A stretch of 64,000 nt of DNA from Methanobacteriota archaeon (GCA_012518185.1 JAAYTA010000102.1:3955-67954), one strand, 5' to 3'; numbered from the stretch's first letter, positions 9,560 to 21,683 are shown. Numbers and translations: made by a program. The notes: a model not told the origin generated them from the letters alone.

Positions 9560-9933
9560 TCTTCCACCTCCACCGTACTTTCAGCTAAATAATCAATAGC
9601 TACATCTACATCATCATTTTCGATCTTTACGTCAATTGCACCTAATGCAGGATTGCCTTCCACGAATGATATTTTATTAATGTATGCAACTTGTTTGTTT
9701 AATTTGAAGCGGATGGTATTTCCAGAACGTCCATGTAACATAATGGAGCGCGCTGTGTCCCTAATATGATGATCAATTATTAGCTGGCGAAGTCGCTCTC
9801 CCGACATGGTTTGGGCAGTTATGTGGCCATCATATTCCTCTAGATCACTCTCAGGGAATAGATTAAGCAGTGATTGCCTTACCTTCTCAGGATCTTCAGT
9901 GGGAGAACAAGTAGTCTTAGCAATGATGTGCAT
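9556..9933 (-). CDS. DUF54-family putative RNA-binding protein
   Basis: PTEDPEKVRQSLLNLFP, IRDTAR and LNKQVAY motifs. Confidence 0.8.
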   Translation of the reverse strand: MHIIAKTTCSPTEDPEKVRQSLLNLFPESDLEEYDGHITAQTMSGERLRQLIIDHHIRDTARSIMLHGRSGNTIRFKLNKQVAYINKISFVEGNPALGAIDVKIENDDVDVAIDYLAESTVEVEE

Positions 9934-10017
9934 AGAACTTAATCAGCGTAGCCTATATTTAACAAGCACAATGCTACGTCCTAGCTCTATGTAAGATCAC
10001 TCATCTTTATAGGACAT

Positions 10018-11484
10018 ATGTCATACCTTCAATGGGGCAGCATGAGAGACGAGGTTCTTGAAGCATTGGCCATAGAAGGAATATTACTAGATCCAGACGC
10101 AGCACAATACATTATGACTAAGGAAGATCCACTTGGATTTACAAGAACAGCACTGACTACTATGGTGCAGCATCCTCTCATCCTTACACTGGATGACCTT
10201 CGGATCGCATCTCCAGTGGCAGAAGCTCATCAAGCAGTGGAAAACCTTATTGATCAGTTACCATCACCTGCACCTCTACGCAAGGATGTAGGAGATATCA
10301 AAGTTCTCAAAGATGTAACTGGAAATTCATGCTGTGAAGGGAGCATAAACGATTTTGCTCGATACTTTAACGATCGATACAAAAAGATAAGGACTATGCT
10401 AGTTCGTCGAAGGGAATTAGTCGGATGTTTATCAATTCCTCGCGCTCTGCGCATGACTAGAGATGTTAGAATCATTGCAATGGTCAATGATGTTAGAACA
10501 ACCAAGAATGGTCATAAGATCTTAGAAGTAGAGGATGATGAAGGAAGATGTCCAGTGCTAATCTTAAGAGATTCAGATTTGATTAATGAATGTATCGTAC
10601 CTGACGAGGTCATCGGTATTGTTGGAAAAACCTCACGGAAAGGAGATCTGGTAGTAATGAATGAATTAGTGAGGCCAGATATTCCGCTTAGGGGTGTAGG
10701 CATGGTCCCCTCTGATTCATCCTCTAAGGTCGCATTTATCTCCGATGTGCACGTTGGAAGCAATACTTTTCTCTACCGCCAATGGGAAAATCTAGTAAAT
10801 TGGTTTAAGACTGATGGAAAAGATGAGATCCAATATCTCGTGTTGCCCGGTGATGTAGTAGATGGTATCGGAATATTTCCTGGTCAAGAGGAGGAGTTAG
10901 ACATTGAGGACGTATTCCAACAGTACAAAGCACTAGCAGAGATGTTGAAAGAACTTCCTGATGACTTAAAAATCGTAGTGCAGCCCGGTAACCACGACGC
11001 AGTAAGGCCAGCTGAACCACAACCTACATTTTCTAAACAGCTCACTGAAATGTTCGATTCTTCTATATTATTTATAGGAAATCCTTGTGAATTAGAGATA
11101 GAGGGCAGAAGGATATTGACCTATCATGGACGCAGTATCGATGACTGGGTAAGTACAGTGCAAGGACTTAGCTATGAAACTCCTCTGGAAGCAATGAAAG
11201 AGATGCTTAAGAGGAGACATATGGCTCCTATATATGGCATGAAAACTCCATTAGCGCCAGAGAAGGAAGATTACATGGTAATAGAGGATGTTCCCGACAT
11301 ATTTGTTACAGGACACGTCCATGGAGCAGGTTTTCTAGACTACCGCGGCGTTAAGGTAATCTGCGCCTCTACTTGGCAGGCACAGACTCCTTTCCAACGT
11401 ATGCATAATTTCCATCCTGAACCTGCTAGGATGCCAATAGTGCATCTAGGATCTGGTACTATCGAGATGATGGATTTTAATTGA
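10018..11484 (+). CDS. polB: DNA polymerase D small (exonuclease) subunit DP1
   Basis: OB fold followed by calcineurin-like motifs SDVHVG, GDVVDG, PGNHD, YHG, GHVH. Confidence 0.93.
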   Translation: MSYLQWGSMRDEVLEALAIEGILLDPDAAQYIMTKEDPLGFTRTALTTMVQHPLILTLDDLRIASPVAEAHQAVENLIDQLPSPAPLRKDVGDIKVLKDVTGNSCCEGSINDFARYFNDRYKKIRTMLVRRRELVGCLSIPRALRMTRDVRIIAMVNDVRTTKNGHKILEVEDDEGRCPVLILRDSDLINECIVPDEVIGIVGKTSRKGDLVVMNELVRPDIPLRGVGMVPSDSSSKVAFISDVHVGSNTFLYRQWENLVNWFKTDGKDEIQYLVLPGDVVDGIGIFPGQEEELDIEDVFQQYKALAEMLKELPDDLKIVVQPGNHDAVRPAEPQPTFSKQLTEMFDSSILFIGNPCELEIEGRRILTYHGRSIDDWVSTVQGLSYETPLEAMKEMLKRRHMAPIYGMKTPLAPEKEDYMVIEDVPDIFVTGHVHGAGFLDYRGVKVICASTWQAQTPFQRMHNFHPEPARMPIVHLGSGTIEMMDFN

Positions 11485-11667
11485 TTTAGTCAAAGAAAAA
11501 TATTGCAATTAATATGTAGCCTAAAATGAGCATAAACAAGCCCGATATCCAAGCAAGTCGGAATATGTTAGCACGCCCTCTCTTAGTATTCGGATCGAAC
11601 ATAGCAATTAGCTTATCAAAAAGGGACATATCCAAACCTCAAGTAGAAATTAAAATTGAAAAGTTTT

Positions 11668-11688
11668 CCCGCCTTCTATGAAAGCGGG
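11668..11688 (-). terminator. Possible terminator hairpin after atpD
   Basis: CCCGCCTTC-TAT-GAAAGCGGG, followed on the minus strand by a T-rich tract. Confidence 0.45.
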
Positions 11689-11695
11689 TATAAGA

Positions 11696-12364
11696 TCAGG
11701 CCATTGCCGCAGCCGCTTCAGCAGCTGCTCTGGCAGTGGCCTTGTTCTTGATGCGCTTGAGACGGAAAGTGTTCTCTCGCTCCATTTCCTCTAACCGTAG
11801 CTGTATGAAAGATTCAGACTCCTTTAACTCAGGAATAACTTTGTATTCCAGAGCATTGACACGACGCTTGGTCTTTTCAATTTCATCAAGGAGTTTCTTC
11901 ATAGTAGTCTCTATCTCCGCGGCTTGCACCATAGTCTCCACTAGTTTTTCAAATGCCGCAGTGGCTTCATCAATGTAAGTGGAGGTGCCTATGATACCAT
12001 AGCCACGCTGATCTACAGTGCTCTTCACGAGAGTAGCATCTATCTTAGGAACTACTATACCCATTAGATTCCTAGAACGTAAACTAATCTCAGGATGACT
12101 ACGCCTAGCAAATGCGGCTGAATGGACAGCAATTGCACCATCCACGGCCTCAGCAATTGTTGCTTTCTTCATGGCGTCGTCATAATCTTTCTGGATTTTT
12201 CCACGGATCTGCTTAGCCTCTTCCAAGATCTTGAAGAATTCTAGGATCAACCCATCTCTCTTCATCTTCAAGATCTTATAGCCTGATTGAGTAAGTTTGA
12301 TCCTCTTCTTTATCTCCAGAAGCTCAGACCGGGTGGGCTTCACATCCTGCGGGGCCATCTTCAT
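11696..12364 (-). CDS. atpD: A1Ao ATP synthase subunit D
   Basis: [17 protein letters not shown] motifs; last gene of the operon. Confidence 0.96.
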   Translation of the reverse strand: MKMAPQDVKPTRSELLEIKKRIKLTQSGYKILKMKRDGLILEFFKILEEAKQIRGKIQKDYDDAMKKATIAEAVDGAIAVHSAAFARRSHPEISLRSRNLMGIVVPKIDATLVKSTVDQRGYGIIGTSTYIDEATAAFEKLVETMVQAAEIETTMKKLLDEIEKTKRRVNALEYKVIPELKESESFIQLRLEEMERENTFRLKRIKNKATARAAAEAAAAMA

Positions 12365-13749
12365 TCACTCTTACGGTATTCTGGATGGTATGTCTCAATG
12401 TATTTTCGGTCGATCCTAGATAGCTGGTTGATAGGCAGACCGGCGACAAGTTCCCAGGCGATATCAAGAGTTGTCTCAATATCACGATCCTCATCAGTTC
12501 CCTGGCGGACAAATTTATCCTCGAAAGCATCGGCAAATTCTAAGAAGTGCTGATCTCTTTCGGAAAGTGCATCCTTTCCAACAATAGCGACTAATCCGCG
12601 CAAGTCCTTTCCTTCAGCATAGGCAGCATACAGCTGGTCAGAGATAGCCTTATGATCCTCACGTGTTAGCTCCGGACCTATACCAGCATTCATTAACCTC
12701 GAAAGGGAGGCGCTCACATTAATTGGCGGATATATACCAGCGCGATGCAACTCACGAGAAGTAACAATCTGTCCCTCAGTGATATATCCTGTTAGATCCG
12801 GGATGGGATGAGTAATATCATCTCCAGGCATGGTAAGGATAGGAATTTGGGTAATGCTTCCTTTCTTTCCTTTGATCCTGCCAGCTCTCTCATACATAGA
12901 TGCTAGATCGGTGTACATGTAGCCTGGGTATCCACGCCTTCCAGGCACTTCCTCTCTAGCAGCTCCAATCTGCCTAAGAGCTTCACAATAATTAGTGACA
13001 TCAGTTAGGATTACGAGAACATGCATGTCTAATTCGAAGGCCAGATACTCAGCAGTAGTTAGTGCCAGCTTGGGTGTGAGAATCCTTTCAATTGCAGGAT
13101 CATCAGCTAAATTCATGAATACAACTGCACGCTTTAATGCACCTGTCCTTTCAAAGTCAGACATGAAATATTGTGCTTCTTCGGCAGTTATGCCCATGGC
13201 AGCAAAGACCACGGCAAACTCTTCACCAGTGCGCACTTTAGACTGCCTGGCGATCTGTAGCGCAATGTCATTGTGCGGTAGACCACTGCTGGAGAAGATA
13301 GGGAGTTTCTGACCTCTGACCAGTGTGTTCATACCATCAATGGTAGATATACCAGTCTGGATAAACTCCATTGGTTCTGCACGTGCCCATGGATTGATAG
13401 CTGCACCACTGATGTCTAATCTTTTTTCAGGAGTGATAGCTGGGCCACCATCAATAGGTTCACCTGCTCCACTTAGAATTCTGCCCAGCATATCTCTGGA
13501 TACAGGCATCTTCATGGTCTCTCCAAGGAATTTTACACCGGCAGCCTTCTCGATACCAGTAGTTCCTTCGAATACTTGTATGACTACCACATCATCAGAA
13601 GTGTCGAGAACTTGTCCTCTCTTCTGAGTGCCATCAGGCATGGTCACGGTAGCAAGCTCATTATAGCCGATTGGCTCAGTCTTCTCTACGAAGACCAGAG
13701 GTCCGGCGATCTGGGTGATTGTGCGATATTCTTTAGATGCGATACTCAT
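12361..13749 (-). CDS. atpB: A1Ao ATP synthase subunit B
   Basis: [22 protein letters not shown] motifs. Confidence 0.97.
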   Translation of the reverse strand: MSIASKEYRTITQIAGPLVFVEKTEPIGYNELATVTMPDGTQKRGQVLDTSDDVVVIQVFEGTTGIEKAAGVKFLGETMKMPVSRDMLGRILSGAGEPIDGGPAITPEKRLDISGAAINPWARAEPMEFIQTGISTIDGMNTLVRGQKLPIFSSSGLPHNDIALQIARQSKVRTGEEFAVVFAAMGITAEEAQYFMSDFERTGALKRAVVFMNLADDPAIERILTPKLALTTAEYLAFELDMHVLVILTDVTNYCEALRQIGAAREEVPGRRGYPGYMYTDLASMYERAGRIKGKKGSITQIPILTMPGDDITHPIPDLTGYITEGQIVTSRELHRAGIYPPINVSASLSRLMNAGIGPELTREDHKAISDQLYAAYAEGKDLRGLVAIVGKDALSERDQHFLEFADAFEDKFVRQGTDEDRDIETTLDIAWELVAGLPINQLSRIDRKYIETYHPEYRKSE

Positions 13750-15479
13750 GCCTTACCCCCCAGGGAATCGAACGCATTGACCATATCTTTGTCAATCGCT
13801 GCTAGTTCATCATCTATGGTCTCTTCATACTTAGCCATAGCTAGTCTATTACGGATTGGCATGGCCACTATATCGTCCACAGCCACGCCACTCTCAACTG
13901 CCTTGCTGGACTGATCAGAGAATTTCTTGATCAACTTGAGCATGACATACTGTCTCTCTAGGGGACAGAATGTATCTACCGAGTGGAATGCATTCTGTTG
14001 TAGGAATATTTCACGTATCATCCTAGCTATTTCTAGAGTCATTTTCTGCTCATCTGGTAGAGCATCAGAACCTACTAGCTGTACAATTTCTTGTAATTCA
14101 GATTCACGTTGTAGAACTTCCATGGCCCACTGTCTTAAATCTGGGAAGTCTTCAGCTACATTCTCCCTATACCACTTATTTAGGCCATTGGTATAAAGTG
14201 AATATGAAGTCAGCCAATGAATGGCAGGGAAGTGCCTTCTCTCACGTAACCTGGAATCCAGAGCCCAGAAGACACGAACTATACGTAGTGTATTTTGAGT
14301 GACTGGTTCAGATAGATCACCGCCAGGAGGCGAGACTGCACCTACTACTGAAATCGAGCCGTTAGTACCGTTATGATTCTCTACGCGGCCTGCTCTCTCA
14401 TAGAATTCTGATAATCTAGCAGCAAGATAGGCAGGGAAACCTTCTTCACCAGGCATTTCCTCCAATCGAGAAGAAATCTCTCTCATGGCTTCAGCCCATC
14501 TGGAGGTAGAGTCAGCCATTAATGAAACATTATAGCCCTGATCACGGTAATATTCAGCTATAGTCATACCCGTGTAAACAGATGCTTCACGAGCTGCTAC
14601 AGGCATATTAGATGTATTCGCAATAAGAACTGTCCTCTGCATAAGAGGTTCACCAGTAGTGGGATCTTCTAATCCAGGGAATGTCTCAAGAACTTCAGTC
14701 ATCTCATTGCCGCGCTCCCCGCAACCTATGTAGACAACTATCTCAGTGTCAGACCATTTGGCTAACTGCTGCTGAGTGACAGTTTTTCCAGTTCCAAATG
14801 CACCGGGAATTGCCGCAGTTCCTCCTTTTGGAAGGGGGAACATAGTATCTAGGACACGTTGACCCGTAATTAATGGGATATCTGGCAGAAGTTTCTTTCC
14901 GAAGGGCCTTCCAGCACGAACTGGCCACTTCTGCATCATCATTATATCCTTACCATCGACCTTAGCGATGGTTTCCTCAACAGTGAACTCTCCTTCGTAA
15001 ATTTCATCAATTGTGCCGCTGACTCCTGGAGGTATCATTATTTTATGAGTTAGGTAAAACTCTTTGACAGTCCCAATGATACTTCCTCCGGAAACTTTGT
15101 CGCCTTTCTTAGCAGTGGGCTCAAATTTCCATTTTTTCTTGCGGTCCAAGCCATTGGCTGAAACACCGCGATGGATGAAGTCACCCATAGCTTCCATAAG
15201 GACCGGTAAAGGTCTCTGGATACCATCGTATACACTGCTTAAGAGACCAGGGCCCAACTCAGCCACCAACGGATGATGGGTATCAACGACCTTCTCTCCA
15301 GGCCTAAGCCCAGAAGTCTCTTCATAAACTTGAATAATTGTTTTATCGCCGTCTATCTTGATGACTTCTCCCATCAGCCCCTCTTCCCCGACCAGCATAA
15401 CGTCGTACATTTTGGGGGAGACGCCGGTGGCAGTCACCACGGGACCGGCTACCCTATAAATTGTTCCGTGTTTTTCCAT
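13746..15479 (-). CDS. atpA: A1Ao ATP synthase subunit A (no intein)
   Basis: GAFGTGKT P-loop, [19 protein letters not shown] motifs. Confidence 0.97.
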   Translation of the reverse strand: MEKHGTIYRVAGPVVTATGVSPKMYDVMLVGEEGLMGEVIKIDGDKTIIQVYEETSGLRPGEKVVDTHHPLVAELGPGLLSSVYDGIQRPLPVLMEAMGDFIHRGVSANGLDRKKKWKFEPTAKKGDKVSGGSIIGTVKEFYLTHKIMIPPGVSGTIDEIYEGEFTVEETIAKVDGKDIMMMQKWPVRAGRPFGKKLLPDIPLITGQRVLDTMFPLPKGGTAAIPGAFGTGKTVTQQQLAKWSDTEIVVYIGCGERGNEMTEVLETFPGLEDPTTGEPLMQRTVLIANTSNMPVAAREASVYTGMTIAEYYRDQGYNVSLMADSTSRWAEAMREISSRLEEMPGEEGFPAYLAARLSEFYERAGRVENHNGTNGSISVVGAVSPPGGDLSEPVTQNTLRIVRVFWALDSRLRERRHFPAIHWLTSYSLYTNGLNKWYRENVAEDFPDLRQWAMEVLQRESELQEIVQLVGSDALPDEQKMTLEIARMIREIFLQQNAFHSVDTFCPLERQYVMLKLIKKFSDQSSKAVESGVAVDDIVAMPIRNRLAMAKYEETIDDELAAIDKDMVNAFDSLGGKA

Positions 15480-15480
15480 T

Positions 15481-15789
15481 TCAATCGCTCTCCGACTTGT
15501 ACAGATCTACGCCGATCGCGCTCTTCACTTTCTCCCTTAGGTCATCCTCTTCTCCACCTACCTGGATGACAACAGGAGAAATGTTCTCCATCGCCTTTCT
15601 CCGCCCATGAGCGGAAACTGTGGTCAGGTCTGATGAGTTTATAGCCAGGATGCCTAACGTGGAGTCTTCGGTAAGTTCGAGGAGCTTAGCCTCATATTCT
15701 TCAGGTCGCACAGCATATACTCGCCTCACTCCAGCGAGACGAAAGCCGAGCGTGAATTCTTCACTTCCTAATACTGCAAACTCCATCAT
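15481..15789 (-). CDS. atpF: A1Ao ATP synthase subunit F
   Basis: [17 protein letters not shown] and [13 protein letters not shown] motifs; operon position. Confidence 0.93.
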   Translation of the reverse strand: MMEFAVLGSEEFTLGFRLAGVRRVYAVRPEEYEAKLLELTEDSTLGILAINSSDLTTVSAHGRRKAMENISPVVIQVGGEEDDLREKVKSAIGVDLYKSESD

Positions 15790-16859
15790 AACACCAGCAA
15801 CTTGTTGATGATTTCAGAATCCATTCCAGCCGCCTTTCCGCGGGCGATGGTACGGATATTGTTGACCTCATCGTTCTTTCTGATTATGAAATCAATGACC
15901 GGTAGTACCGACAGGGGATATATGTTAGAGAACTTTTCTGCTTGACGCGCCTGCCACTTTTTCAGGTTAAGCATGATTTCCGATAAAGAGCCTGTCTGCC
16001 TAGTAGCTTCTACTCCTGCTCTTATCTCATCATAGAAAGAGAGATTTACTAATTCATCGAGCAGAGTCTCAAAGCTATCAGTAGATGCTAGGCGCTCAAG
16101 TTCCTTATCATCTAGCTCATATCCTCCCTCTATGAAATATTCTTTCATAAGTTCTAAGGGAAGTCCAGCTTGCTTCAATTTGAGTAGTGTACGTAAGTTG
16201 ACGATGTCAATTTCTCTCTCAATATAAGAAAGGAATATCTTCTCAGGCTTTCTCTTAGGCTGAATCGTCTTTAGCAGATGAGTATAATATGTTCGATCTA
16301 GCGAATCCTCCACAGCAGGCAAATAATCTTCTTGTTCCATAAGGGTAGGAAGATCCTCTGGAAGCACGAATCCCTCTTTATTCTGTAGAGAGTTAATGAC
16401 ATCCTCTGTGGTTTCCATCCCTACTAATGAGATTAGATACCTCTCACTCAGGTCGCCTGCAGGTACTAGATCCTCTTGGATTTCCTCTAAGGAGGCTCCT
16501 GAGAATCTGCCTCTCAGGATCGTCTTGATATTCTGGTAATCCCACCTTCGCAGATAGGCGACCACAATATCCCTGAGTTCTCCAGTAGTGAAGCCGATGA
16601 TGTCTCGGTACGTCTGAGCAAGATTACGAGAGGTTCCCATTTCAATGAGGTTAACTCCATCATATCGGGGGGCTAATTCTGCCATCTCCACTTTATATTG
16701 AGTTTCTCCCATGAATCTACTGATTTCATTTAGATCCATCATCAGCAACTTGGGATAATTATCCTGAGTCAGAAGGCGGCTTTTCTTGCCCTTGACTCTG
16801 GCCACGGCGTATGGATAATTTCCCTTGTTGCGACCTAATTTGAACATTTGTTCACCCAA
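15786..16859 (-). CDS. atpC: A1Ao ATP synthase subunit C
   Basis: YPYAVARV, WDYQNIKTILRG, EIDIVNL and NIRTIARG motifs. Confidence 0.93.
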   Translation of the reverse strand: MGEQMFKLGRNKGNYPYAVARVKGKKSRLLTQDNYPKLLMMDLNEISRFMGETQYKVEMAELAPRYDGVNLIEMGTSRNLAQTYRDIIGFTTGELRDIVVAYLRRWDYQNIKTILRGRFSGASLEEIQEDLVPAGDLSERYLISLVGMETTEDVINSLQNKEGFVLPEDLPTLMEQEDYLPAVEDSLDRTYYTHLLKTIQPKRKPEKIFLSYIEREIDIVNLRTLLKLKQAGLPLELMKEYFIEGGYELDDKELERLASTDSFETLLDELVNLSFYDEIRAGVEATRQTGSLSEIMLNLKKWQARQAEKFSNIYPLSVLPVIDFIIRKNDEVNNIRTIARGKAAGMDSEIINKLLVL

Positions 16860-16863
16860 TAAC

Positions 16864-17421
16864 CTATCCGAATAGGATGGTTGAGATTTCCCTCAATTCC
16901 TTCTCCCACATATTCTCTAATAGAGTGCGGAAGCGCAGATCGAGGTGGACCGTTCCATCGTCATTTTCCAAGATAAGTCCAGAATCCATATCAGATTCGT
17001 TAAGAGATTCGTAACCCTTCGATTCCGATAGGAGTTCGGTCTCGCCTTTTGGGCAAAACACTTTTGGATTAGGAATTATCTTCATTCCTTCGGCCAGAAT
17101 TCCCTTATAGAGGACAGTTTTTTCCGCCGGAGGCAATGTGGAGAACTCTTCGAGAATCTCATCGAATGTCCGGTTAAGGATTTCCTTCCTCTTATTCAAG
17201 ACAATCTTCTTCGACTCCAGTTCCGCACTGGATTGCTCCTGCCTCCTCATGCGAAGGATCGTCTCTTGGAGCTCCTTCTCGTTTGCCTTCCTCATCTTCT
17301 CGATCTCTTGGTCGGCCTCCTTGAGTATCCTAGCCCGTTCCTTCTCTGCTTCCTGGATGAGGAGGTTGCCCTCCTGCCTTGCGCTTTCCAGGATCTCATT
17401 CGCTACCTTATCCAGTGCCAT
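16864..17421 (-). CDS. atpE: A1Ao ATP synthase subunit E
   Basis: Coiled-coil N-terminus and operon position between K and C. Confidence 0.9.
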   Translation of the reverse strand: MALDKVANEILESARQEGNLLIQEAEKERARILKEADQEIEKMRKANEKELQETILRMRRQEQSSAELESKKIVLNKRKEILNRTFDEILEEFSTLPPAEKTVLYKGILAEGMKIIPNPKVFCPKGETELLSESKGYESLNESDMDSGLILENDDGTVHLDLRFRTLLENMWEKELREISTILFG

Positions 17422-17452
17422 GCATGAGCCTCTGTTCAGTGCTCGTTCAACC

Positions 17453-17671
17453 TTACATATTTAGCCAGAGCAAGATGGCTACGACTAGACCAAAGATAAC
17501 AATAGTCTCAGGAATAACAGTAAGGATAAGTCCCTTACCAAAGAGATTCTCATTTTCAGTCATTGCGCCAATCGCGGCAGAAGCTATGTCTCTCTGAGCC
17601 AGGGCTGTAGCCAGGCCAGTAATTCCAACCGCAAGTCCAGCACTGAGTGCAATCAGTCCATTGTCTACCAT
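17453..17671 (-). CDS. atpK: A1Ao ATP synthase proteolipid c/K (single hairpin)
   Basis: Two TM helices, with Q26 and the IPET motif (E55). Confidence 0.93.
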   Translation of the reverse strand: MVDNGLIALSAGLAVGITGLATALAQRDIASAAIGAMTENENLFGKGLILTVIPETIVIFGLVVAILLWLNM

Positions 17672-17673
17672 TT

Positions 17674-19791
17674 TTATTCCTCCACGGTATATTTTCTTCT
17701 TATCTTCAGTGGGTTGAAATCAACCCCACCGCCTTCATAGAACTTCTTGAAGAGCTCGACGTACTGCAGCCTAATTCCGTGCAGTCCAGACGAGAGAATT
17801 GCTAGTATGAAGATCATTAGATGTCCAACAGTAAATATGGCTAAAGCAGCAATTAACATAACTATATCAGTCGTTGGCTCGACATTTTCCATACCTATGC
17901 CAGCGATGAGTCCGATCGAGATATAGTTGAACGCTAGAGCCATACCAGCCTTAGACATTCCAATTGCGATAAGCCTAGTGTATGAAAGTACGTTACTCAC
18001 TACTTCGGGAAGATCTATGAGGACTTTTCCTCCTTCTCCTTTAAGAGCTAGCAACAAACCAATCACAAACAGGCCTATGGCCGCTAACAATAGCATATTG
18101 GTTAAAGATAACGCAGCGTCGTTCTCTAAAACAAGAACATCAATGACTACTGGTAATAGGCAAGCAAAACCAGCCATTATCAGAATCCAAGATAGCTTCT
18201 CCATAATTGCTATCTTTATTCCGTGCCTTATAGTTAAATTATAGAATCCTATAGCTAATCCAGTAATCAGATGCGCTATACCAACCCAAAGACTGCCGTA
18301 TAATAAGATCTGTACACTGCCTAGTTTGGTTGCATATCCTAGATTAACATCGAAATTTATGCCTGGTATGGTGAATAAATGATGTGGGATCTCGATTCCT
18401 AATAGAGATGACCAAGTGGCAGTTTCCCATCCACTTACTAGATTCTTTGCGTGGGCAGCGTGTGTGAATTCAATACCCATCATATCTCCATATAGGAATA
18501 AACCAAAGAATACAGACCATATACCACCATAGAATAGCATAGTAGCTATACCACGCCATTCAGGAGTCGTACACATTCTCAAACCTAATGCTCCAAGAAT
18601 AAGGAAGGGAATAGCGTAGCCGACATCACCTACCATTAATCCAAAGAACATAGGGAAGAATATTGCTATAGTTATAGTGGGATCGATCTCATTATAACGA
18701 GGTGTAGATAGTAATTTAGTGAAAAATTCGAAGCGACCTGTATTACGTCCATGCTCAAGTCTTACAGGTGGATCATCTTTAATTGATATGGATTCCGCTT
18801 CAACAGTAGTCATGCCAGATTCCATTTCAATTTCGTATTCATCAGTATGATATTCTTCTCGCCCTCTGTTTTCTATCAATTCTAGATAAACAGCATCTCC
18901 AAACTTTTCAGAGAATGCCGAAGCGACATTTTCATATGATGAAGTGGGTACCCACGCCTCTAAAATGAATGTGTAAGCTGAAGTTCCCATCCTCAAAGGA
19001 AGCTCAGCCATCTCAACGATATTGCTCAGATACTCATCTGATGATAAAATCATTGAGGCATATTTCTCATTCAATACACCTATCTCTTTACTAGTGAACT
19101 CTAGCTCATCCTTTAGATTTTGAATTTCCTTATCGAGTTCGGCTGCAGCGATGCTTGGTAGCCCAGAGCCAGTAGGAAGGGGAACTTCAGTAAAGCCGCT
19201 ATCAGAAAGGATGCGTTGTGCAGATTCAGTATATTTAGATGATACGAATAATACTACAAATGAACCATCTTTTGAAGTGAAAATCTCATAATAACCATTT
19301 AAACTCTCTTTGAGAGCTTGTTCAGGGTTGCTCCGGATATTGCCTGCTAGTACTCTGAGATTATTATATCCCCAGTACATCTCAATATCTAGAGGTATTG
19401 TCCTATATGGTTCAAGTTGTGAAAGGCGATTCTCCGCCTCTGATAACTTAGCTTGCTTGGCATTCTTAGTCTCTATCGCTAAATCGACTTCTTCTTCTAT
19501 CCTAGCGATATTATCATCAAGATCACTCTTTATCTTAGATTCAGAAATTTTTCCTTCAAACGAATCTGAAGATATCTCCAAATACCTCTCTGCAGATCTC
19601 AATTTTAACAGTTTACGAGATGCTTCAGAGGCTTCAGGGAGTGGAGCGCCAAGAGTAAAGCCTTCCTCATCTCCTTGATAATCAATAACGTGTACGTTTT
19701 CGAGATTATATAGAAGGTCGATGGTATCTGGCAACCGCTTCTTGGCCCCTATGACCAAGATCCTACTCATTGGTTCCGGTAGTAACATCAA
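17674..19791 (-). CDS. atpI: A1Ao ATP synthase subunit I (a)
   Basis: P.YNEIDPT, FFGLMVGDVGY, LSYTRL, LHGIRLQYVELF motifs. Confidence 0.95.
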   Translation of the reverse strand: MMLLPEPMSRILVIGAKKRLPDTIDLLYNLENVHVIDYQGDEEGFTLGAPLPEASEASRKLLKLRSAERYLEISSDSFEGKISESKIKSDLDDNIARIEEEVDLAIETKNAKQAKLSEAENRLSQLEPYRTIPLDIEMYWGYNNLRVLAGNIRSNPEQALKESLNGYYEIFTSKDGSFVVLFVSSKYTESAQRILSDSGFTEVPLPTGSGLPSIAAAELDKEIQNLKDELEFTSKEIGVLNEKYASMILSSDEYLSNIVEMAELPLRMGTSAYTFILEAWVPTSSYENVASAFSEKFGDAVYLELIENRGREEYHTDEYEIEMESGMTTVEAESISIKDDPPVRLEHGRNTGRFEFFTKLLSTPRYNEIDPTITIAIFFPMFFGLMVGDVGYAIPFLILGALGLRMCTTPEWRGIATMLFYGGIWSVFFGLFLYGDMMGIEFTHAAHAKNLVSGWETATWSSLLGIEIPHHLFTIPGINFDVNLGYATKLGSVQILLYGSLWVGIAHLITGLAIGFYNLTIRHGIKIAIMEKLSWILIMAGFACLLPVVIDVLVLENDAALSLTNMLLLAAIGLFVIGLLLALKGEGGKVLIDLPEVVSNVLSYTRLIAIGMSKAGMALAFNYISIGLIAGIGMENVEPTTDIVMLIAALAIFTVGHLMIFILAILSSGLHGIRLQYVELFKKFYEGGGVDFNPLKIRRKYTVEE

Positions 19792-20107
19792 AGGCCCTCT
19801 CGAAATGTTGTTTTACAATTCTTTTCGCTTTGGGTATATTCTCAACGGCCTTGGCCTCTATAGCAGTGGCCTCATTATTACCCTCACTCAAAAGCTTATC
19901 TTTGTTTATAGCTAGTGCCTTACGCTCTTGGTCAAGTGCAGCCTCTCTCTTGGCCCTTAGGTCCCTCTCGGCGGCCTGCAGCTTTTCCACAGCTTCTCTA
20001 CGTGCTGAAGATATGATGGCCTTCTGCTTATCTTCAGCTTCTTCGAGCGTCTTCTTGGCCTTAGTCTCAGCTTCCTTTATCTGAGAAAGTGCATCAGCTT
20101 TGCCCAC
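19763..20107 (-). CDS. atpH: A1Ao ATP synthase subunit H (G)
   Basis: Charged coiled coil (IKEAETKA); first gene of the operon. Confidence 0.85.
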   Translation of the reverse strand: MGKADALSQIKEAETKAKKTLEEAEDKQKAIISSARREAVEKLQAAERDLRAKREAALDQERKALAINKDKLLSEGNNEATAIEAKAVENIPKAKRIVKQHFERAFDVTTGTNE

Positions 20108-20243
20108 AGGTCTCTCTCCGAAGGTTTCACCAGTATTGACTCATGATATTTAAAAGATTACTAAAATATCGTATTCTTAAAGGCTCCTGGACATAATATT
20201 ATAAATAATATTTTTAATCAATTTATAGATTAAACATATAGAA

Positions 20244-20708
20244 TTATTCATCTGGACAATGTTGCCTCACCATAACATTACTTTCTTCCAACAGTTCCTT
20301 CGATAATTCATCAATATAATCGTCTTTATACACTATCTCCCTTATTCCAGCATTGACTAATATCTTAGCACACATGACGCATGGGAAATTAGTAGTATAA
20401 ATTGTCGAATTTTTTATACTAACCCCAAAATATGCGGCTTGAATAACTGCATTCTGCTCTGCATGGACTCCACGACAAAGTTCATGTCGAGTTCCAGACT
20501 CTATATGATTATTCATTCTTACGCAGCCTGCAACACTGCAATGTTCTAACCCTTTAGGAGCACCATTATAACCTGTAGTTAATACTCTCTTTTCCTTTAC
20601 TACAACAGCGCCAACTTTGCGACGTAAGCATGTAGATCGACTGGCTACAAGTTCAGCCATATGCATGAAGTATGTGTCATTATCCGGCCTTTCCATTATA
20701 ATCGCCAT
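20244..20708 (-). CDS. dCMP deaminase family protein
   Basis: [21 protein letters not shown] and PCVMC Zn motifs. Confidence 0.92.
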   Translation of the reverse strand: MAIIMERPDNDTYFMHMAELVASRSTCLRRKVGAVVVKEKRVLTTGYNGAPKGLEHCSVAGCVRMNNHIESGTRHELCRGVHAEQNAVIQAAYFGVSIKNSTIYTTNFPCVMCAKILVNAGIREIVYKDDYIDELSKELLEESNVMVRQHCPDE

Positions 20709-20759
20709 TCATACTATCAATATCTATTTTTGCTAAGTGCTAAGTGAAAGAGTCTATTA

Positions 20760-21647
20760 ATGAAGAGTTTCTTTTATGACAACGTGCCATCAGGAAAGTC
20801 TAAAGATGAAAGTATATTTATTACTACAATAAAGGCATTTATAATCGCCCCCCTAGTCTTTCTAATTATTATTGGCGCAATATTTCTATATAGCGGAGTC
20901 TGGCCACCAATGGTGGTGATTGAATCAGAAAGCATGCAACATTCTGATACTACTAGCTATATAGGAGTCATAGATACTGGAGACATTGTAATAGTTAAAG
21001 GTGTAAAAAGTTACGAAGAAATAACTACCTATGTAGAAGGACTTGCTAATGGCCATCATACATATGGTGCACCTGGCGACGTTATAATTTATTACCGTGA
21101 AGGGATGTCCAAGCCCGTCATCCATAGAGCTATGCTCCATCTTGATTATAATAGTACTAGTAAAGGATTTGACATTCCATCATTAGCAAATATTCCAGAA
21201 GATAAATGGGACGTTACTAATGGAGAAAAAGTATGGTGGAATCTTAAAGATGAATTGATACTCTATGATATTGGGCATGCTAATGCAGTTATGAGGATAG
21301 ATCTTTCCGCCATGCTTTCATTCATGGCTAATAATAACAATATGCATGGCGGCATTATCACTCTTGGAGATAACAATTGGGAAATTATAGATGGTACCCC
21401 AATAGCGAGATATGATCAATATTGGATGACTGCCATGCCTGAACCAATTATGGAAGAATGGATAATCGGAAAGGCACGCGGAGAATTACCATGGTTCGGA
21501 CTAATGAAACTTTGGATAACTGGCACTCTCCCAGATGATACTCCAATGAATAGTAAAAGAAACCTCGTGGCCTCTATCGGAGTATTAATATTTGCACCAA
21601 TTATTATAGATATTAGCTACTCTATCATGAGACAAAGAAATTCATGA
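20760..21647 (+). CDS. S26 family signal peptidase (archaeal Sec11-like)
   Basis: TM helix, VIESESMQH catalytic Ser, VIHRA, TLGDNN, GKARGELPW. Confidence 0.88.
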   Translation: MKSFFYDNVPSGKSKDESIFITTIKAFIIAPLVFLIIIGAIFLYSGVWPPMVVIESESMQHSDTTSYIGVIDTGDIVIVKGVKSYEEITTYVEGLANGHHTYGAPGDVIIYYREGMSKPVIHRAMLHLDYNSTSKGFDIPSLANIPEDKWDVTNGEKVWWNLKDELILYDIGHANAVMRIDLSAMLSFMANNNNMHGGIITLGDNNWEIIDGTPIARYDQYWMTAMPEPIMEEWIIGKARGELPWFGLMKLWITGTLPDDTPMNSKRNLVASIGVLIFAPIIIDISYSIMRQRNS

Positions 21648-21683
21648 TATAATATTAATATAATCAATAATATCAGGAATATA

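Noticed and set aside
13746-15479. Possible VMA-type intein in ATP synthase subunit A
   Set aside because: The P-loop [12 protein letters not shown] is continuous and the length (577 aa) is normal.
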